Positions 30,899-32,000 of a DNA stretch of 32,000 bases are shown here, piece by piece. The translations under genes were made by a program, and so were the position numbers. How positions within the stretch are numbered: the stretch's first letter is position 1; every line of letters begins with the position of its first letter. The notes under the pieces were generated by a model. It saw nothing but the letters and a program-made list of their open reading frames with translations. It had not been told where the DNA came from and ran no database searches. The DNA is from Schaalia meyeri (GTDB lineage: Bacteria; Actinomycetota; Actinomycetes; Actinomycetales; Actinomycetaceae). The DNA lies in the NCBI RefSeq assembly GCF_900105015.1, contig NZ_FNLK01000015.1, positions 120,001-152,000 of the forward strand, given 5' to 3'.

Positions 30899-32000
30899 AT
30901 GGCGGATGCATCATCGAAGTCTGAGGGTCGGAAGGCCGCTCGCAAGCACAGTGGACTGGGTCGCGGTCTCGGAGCGCTGATCCCTCAGGCTCCCGAGCAG
31001 ACGTCGCAATCAACGCGTTCGACGCCTTCGCGCCCGCTCGACGTCTTCTTTCCTGAGGGATCGTCCGCGCGCGGCAGGGGAGGCTCCGCGAAGGATCTTC
31101 TCCAGCCCAAGCGTGCCGGTGCCTCGTCACAGAAGAAACGCCCGGCGATGCCACCCGTTGATGCTGGCGCGGCCGGTCGAAAGGCCAAGGGGGACGGGGG
31201 TTTCAGTGATGGAAACGGTACCTCGCATCGGAGGCGCGGCGACATCGCCACGTCCGCCGGTGATCCGTCACGCTCCGTCTCAGACCGCGTTCACGAGCGC
31301 GAGGATGTTTCACGTGAAACATCTGACGAACGACAGCTGCTGCCGGTTCCCGGCGCCTCCTTCGCCGAGATTCCTATCAATCAGATCGTTCCCAACACGA
31401 AGCAGCCTCGCGAGGTGTTCAACGAGGAGGATCTGAAAGAACTGGCGGCCTCAATCAGGGAGGTCGGCGTTCTTCAACCCGTCGTCGTCCGCAGCATCCC
31501 TGCCACGGGTCGTTCCGCAAAACTCAAGAAGTTCCTCGCTGACAAGCCCGAAGCGCGCTACGAGCTGATCATGGGTGAGCGTCGTCTGCGCGCCTCGGAG
31601 CTCGCGGGCGAAACAACGATTCCGGCGATCATCAGGGAGACCGAGGACGGGGATCTGCTCCGTGACGCGCTCCTGGAAAACCTGCATCGGGCTCAGCTCA
31701 ATCCGTTGGAGGAGGCCAGCGCGTATCAGCAGCTCATGGCGGATTTCGGTGCGACTCAGGAGGAGCTGGCAAAAAGGATCGCACGCTCACGCCCGCAGAT
31801 TGCCAATACTCTGCGCCTTCTGAAACTGCCGCCGTCCGTCCAAAAGAAGGTGGCCGCGCAGGTGATCACCGCGGGACATGCCCGCGCCCTGCTGGCCCTG
31901 CCCAGCCCCCAGGAGATGGAACGGTTGGCGGAGCGTATCGTAGCGGAGGGGCTCTCGGTGCGTACCACCGAGGAGATCGCCCGCCTGGGTAAGGTGAAGG
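30899..32000 (+). CDS. parB: Chromosome partitioning protein ParB/Spo0J, 5' portion; continues past the window end
   Basis: Absent from the track (no stop in the window). My translation is [29 protein letters not shown]..., then about 116 low-complexity residues, then ...[44 protein letters not shown]...[17 protein letters not shown]...AIIRE...[16 protein letters not shown]..., the ParB/Srx and HTH boxes. GAAGGAG lies 7 nt upstream of ATG 30899. Confidence 0.9.
   Translation, partial: MADASSKSEGRKAARKHSGLGRGLGALIPQAPEQTSQSTRSTPSRPLDVFFPEGSSARGRGGSAKDLLQPKRAGASSQKKRPAMPPVDAGAAGRKAKGDGGFSDGNGTSHRRRGDIATSAGDPSRSVSDRVHEREDVSRETSDERQLLPVPGASFAEIPINQIVPNTKQPREVFNEEDLKELAASIREVGVLQPVVVRSIPATGRSAKLKKFLADKPEARYELIMGERRLRASELAGETTIPAIIRETEDGDLLRDALLENLHRAQLNPLEEASAYQQLMADFGATQEELAKRIARSRPQIANTLRLLKLPPSVQKKVAAQVITAGHARALLALPSPQEMERLAERIVAEGLSVRTTEEIARLGKVK
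31306..31321. promoter_or_regulatory. parS site 3 (perfect consensus, within a 20-bp palindrome 31304-31323), inside the parB coding sequence
   Basis: GATGTTTCACGTGAAACATC; it encodes EDVSRETS in the parB frame. Confidence 0.85.

Noticed and set aside
1-32000. Scan for CRISPR repeats, transposase/IS ends, phage or plasmid genes, toxin-antitoxin pairs, restriction-modification or other defence modules
   Set aside because: No regularly spaced direct repeats were seen and no ORF has recombinase, nuclease or methylase hallmarks. Every sizeable ORF is accounted for by housekeeping or conserved-envelope functions, so the window is origin-proximal core genome.

Overview
GC-rich actinobacterial chromosome segment centred on the replication origin; essentially core housekeeping DNA. 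Minus strand, reading leftwards from about 25.6 kb: dnaA, DnaA-box-rich dnaA-dnaN spacer (oriC candidate), dnaN, recF, DUF721/dciA, one non-syntenic repeat-rich membrane protein, gyrB, gyrA, DUF3566, then a compact tRNA-Ile / 44-codon sORF / tRNA-Ala unit. Plus strand, diverging from dnaA: rpmH, rnpA, yidD, yidC, jag, rsmG, parA and parB (runs off the window), with three perfect 16-bp parS sites around the parB start. Left third: 5' part of a class A PBP gene (runs off the window), gnd and cca on the minus strand, then NUDIX, DUF6049-like, murJ (long C-terminal extension), trxB, YchJ-like and PAP2 phosphatase on the plus strand. Many neighbours are translationally coupled (ATGA/GTGA or 8-14 nt overlaps). 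I see no CRISPR array, transposase, integrase, phage gene, toxin-antitoxin pair or recognisable defence gene, so I cannot support a claim of a new multi-gene system here. The most interesting items are: the sORF between the two tRNAs, which the ORF track misses; a perfect DnaA-box palindrome in a 640-bp ORF-free stretch that coincides with a synteny breakpoint; MurJ with a discoidin-like ectodomain but no pseudokinase; the parS arrangement and ParB insertion; and DnaA-box clusters on both sides of dnaA. All homology calls come from reading the translations by eye, not from searches.
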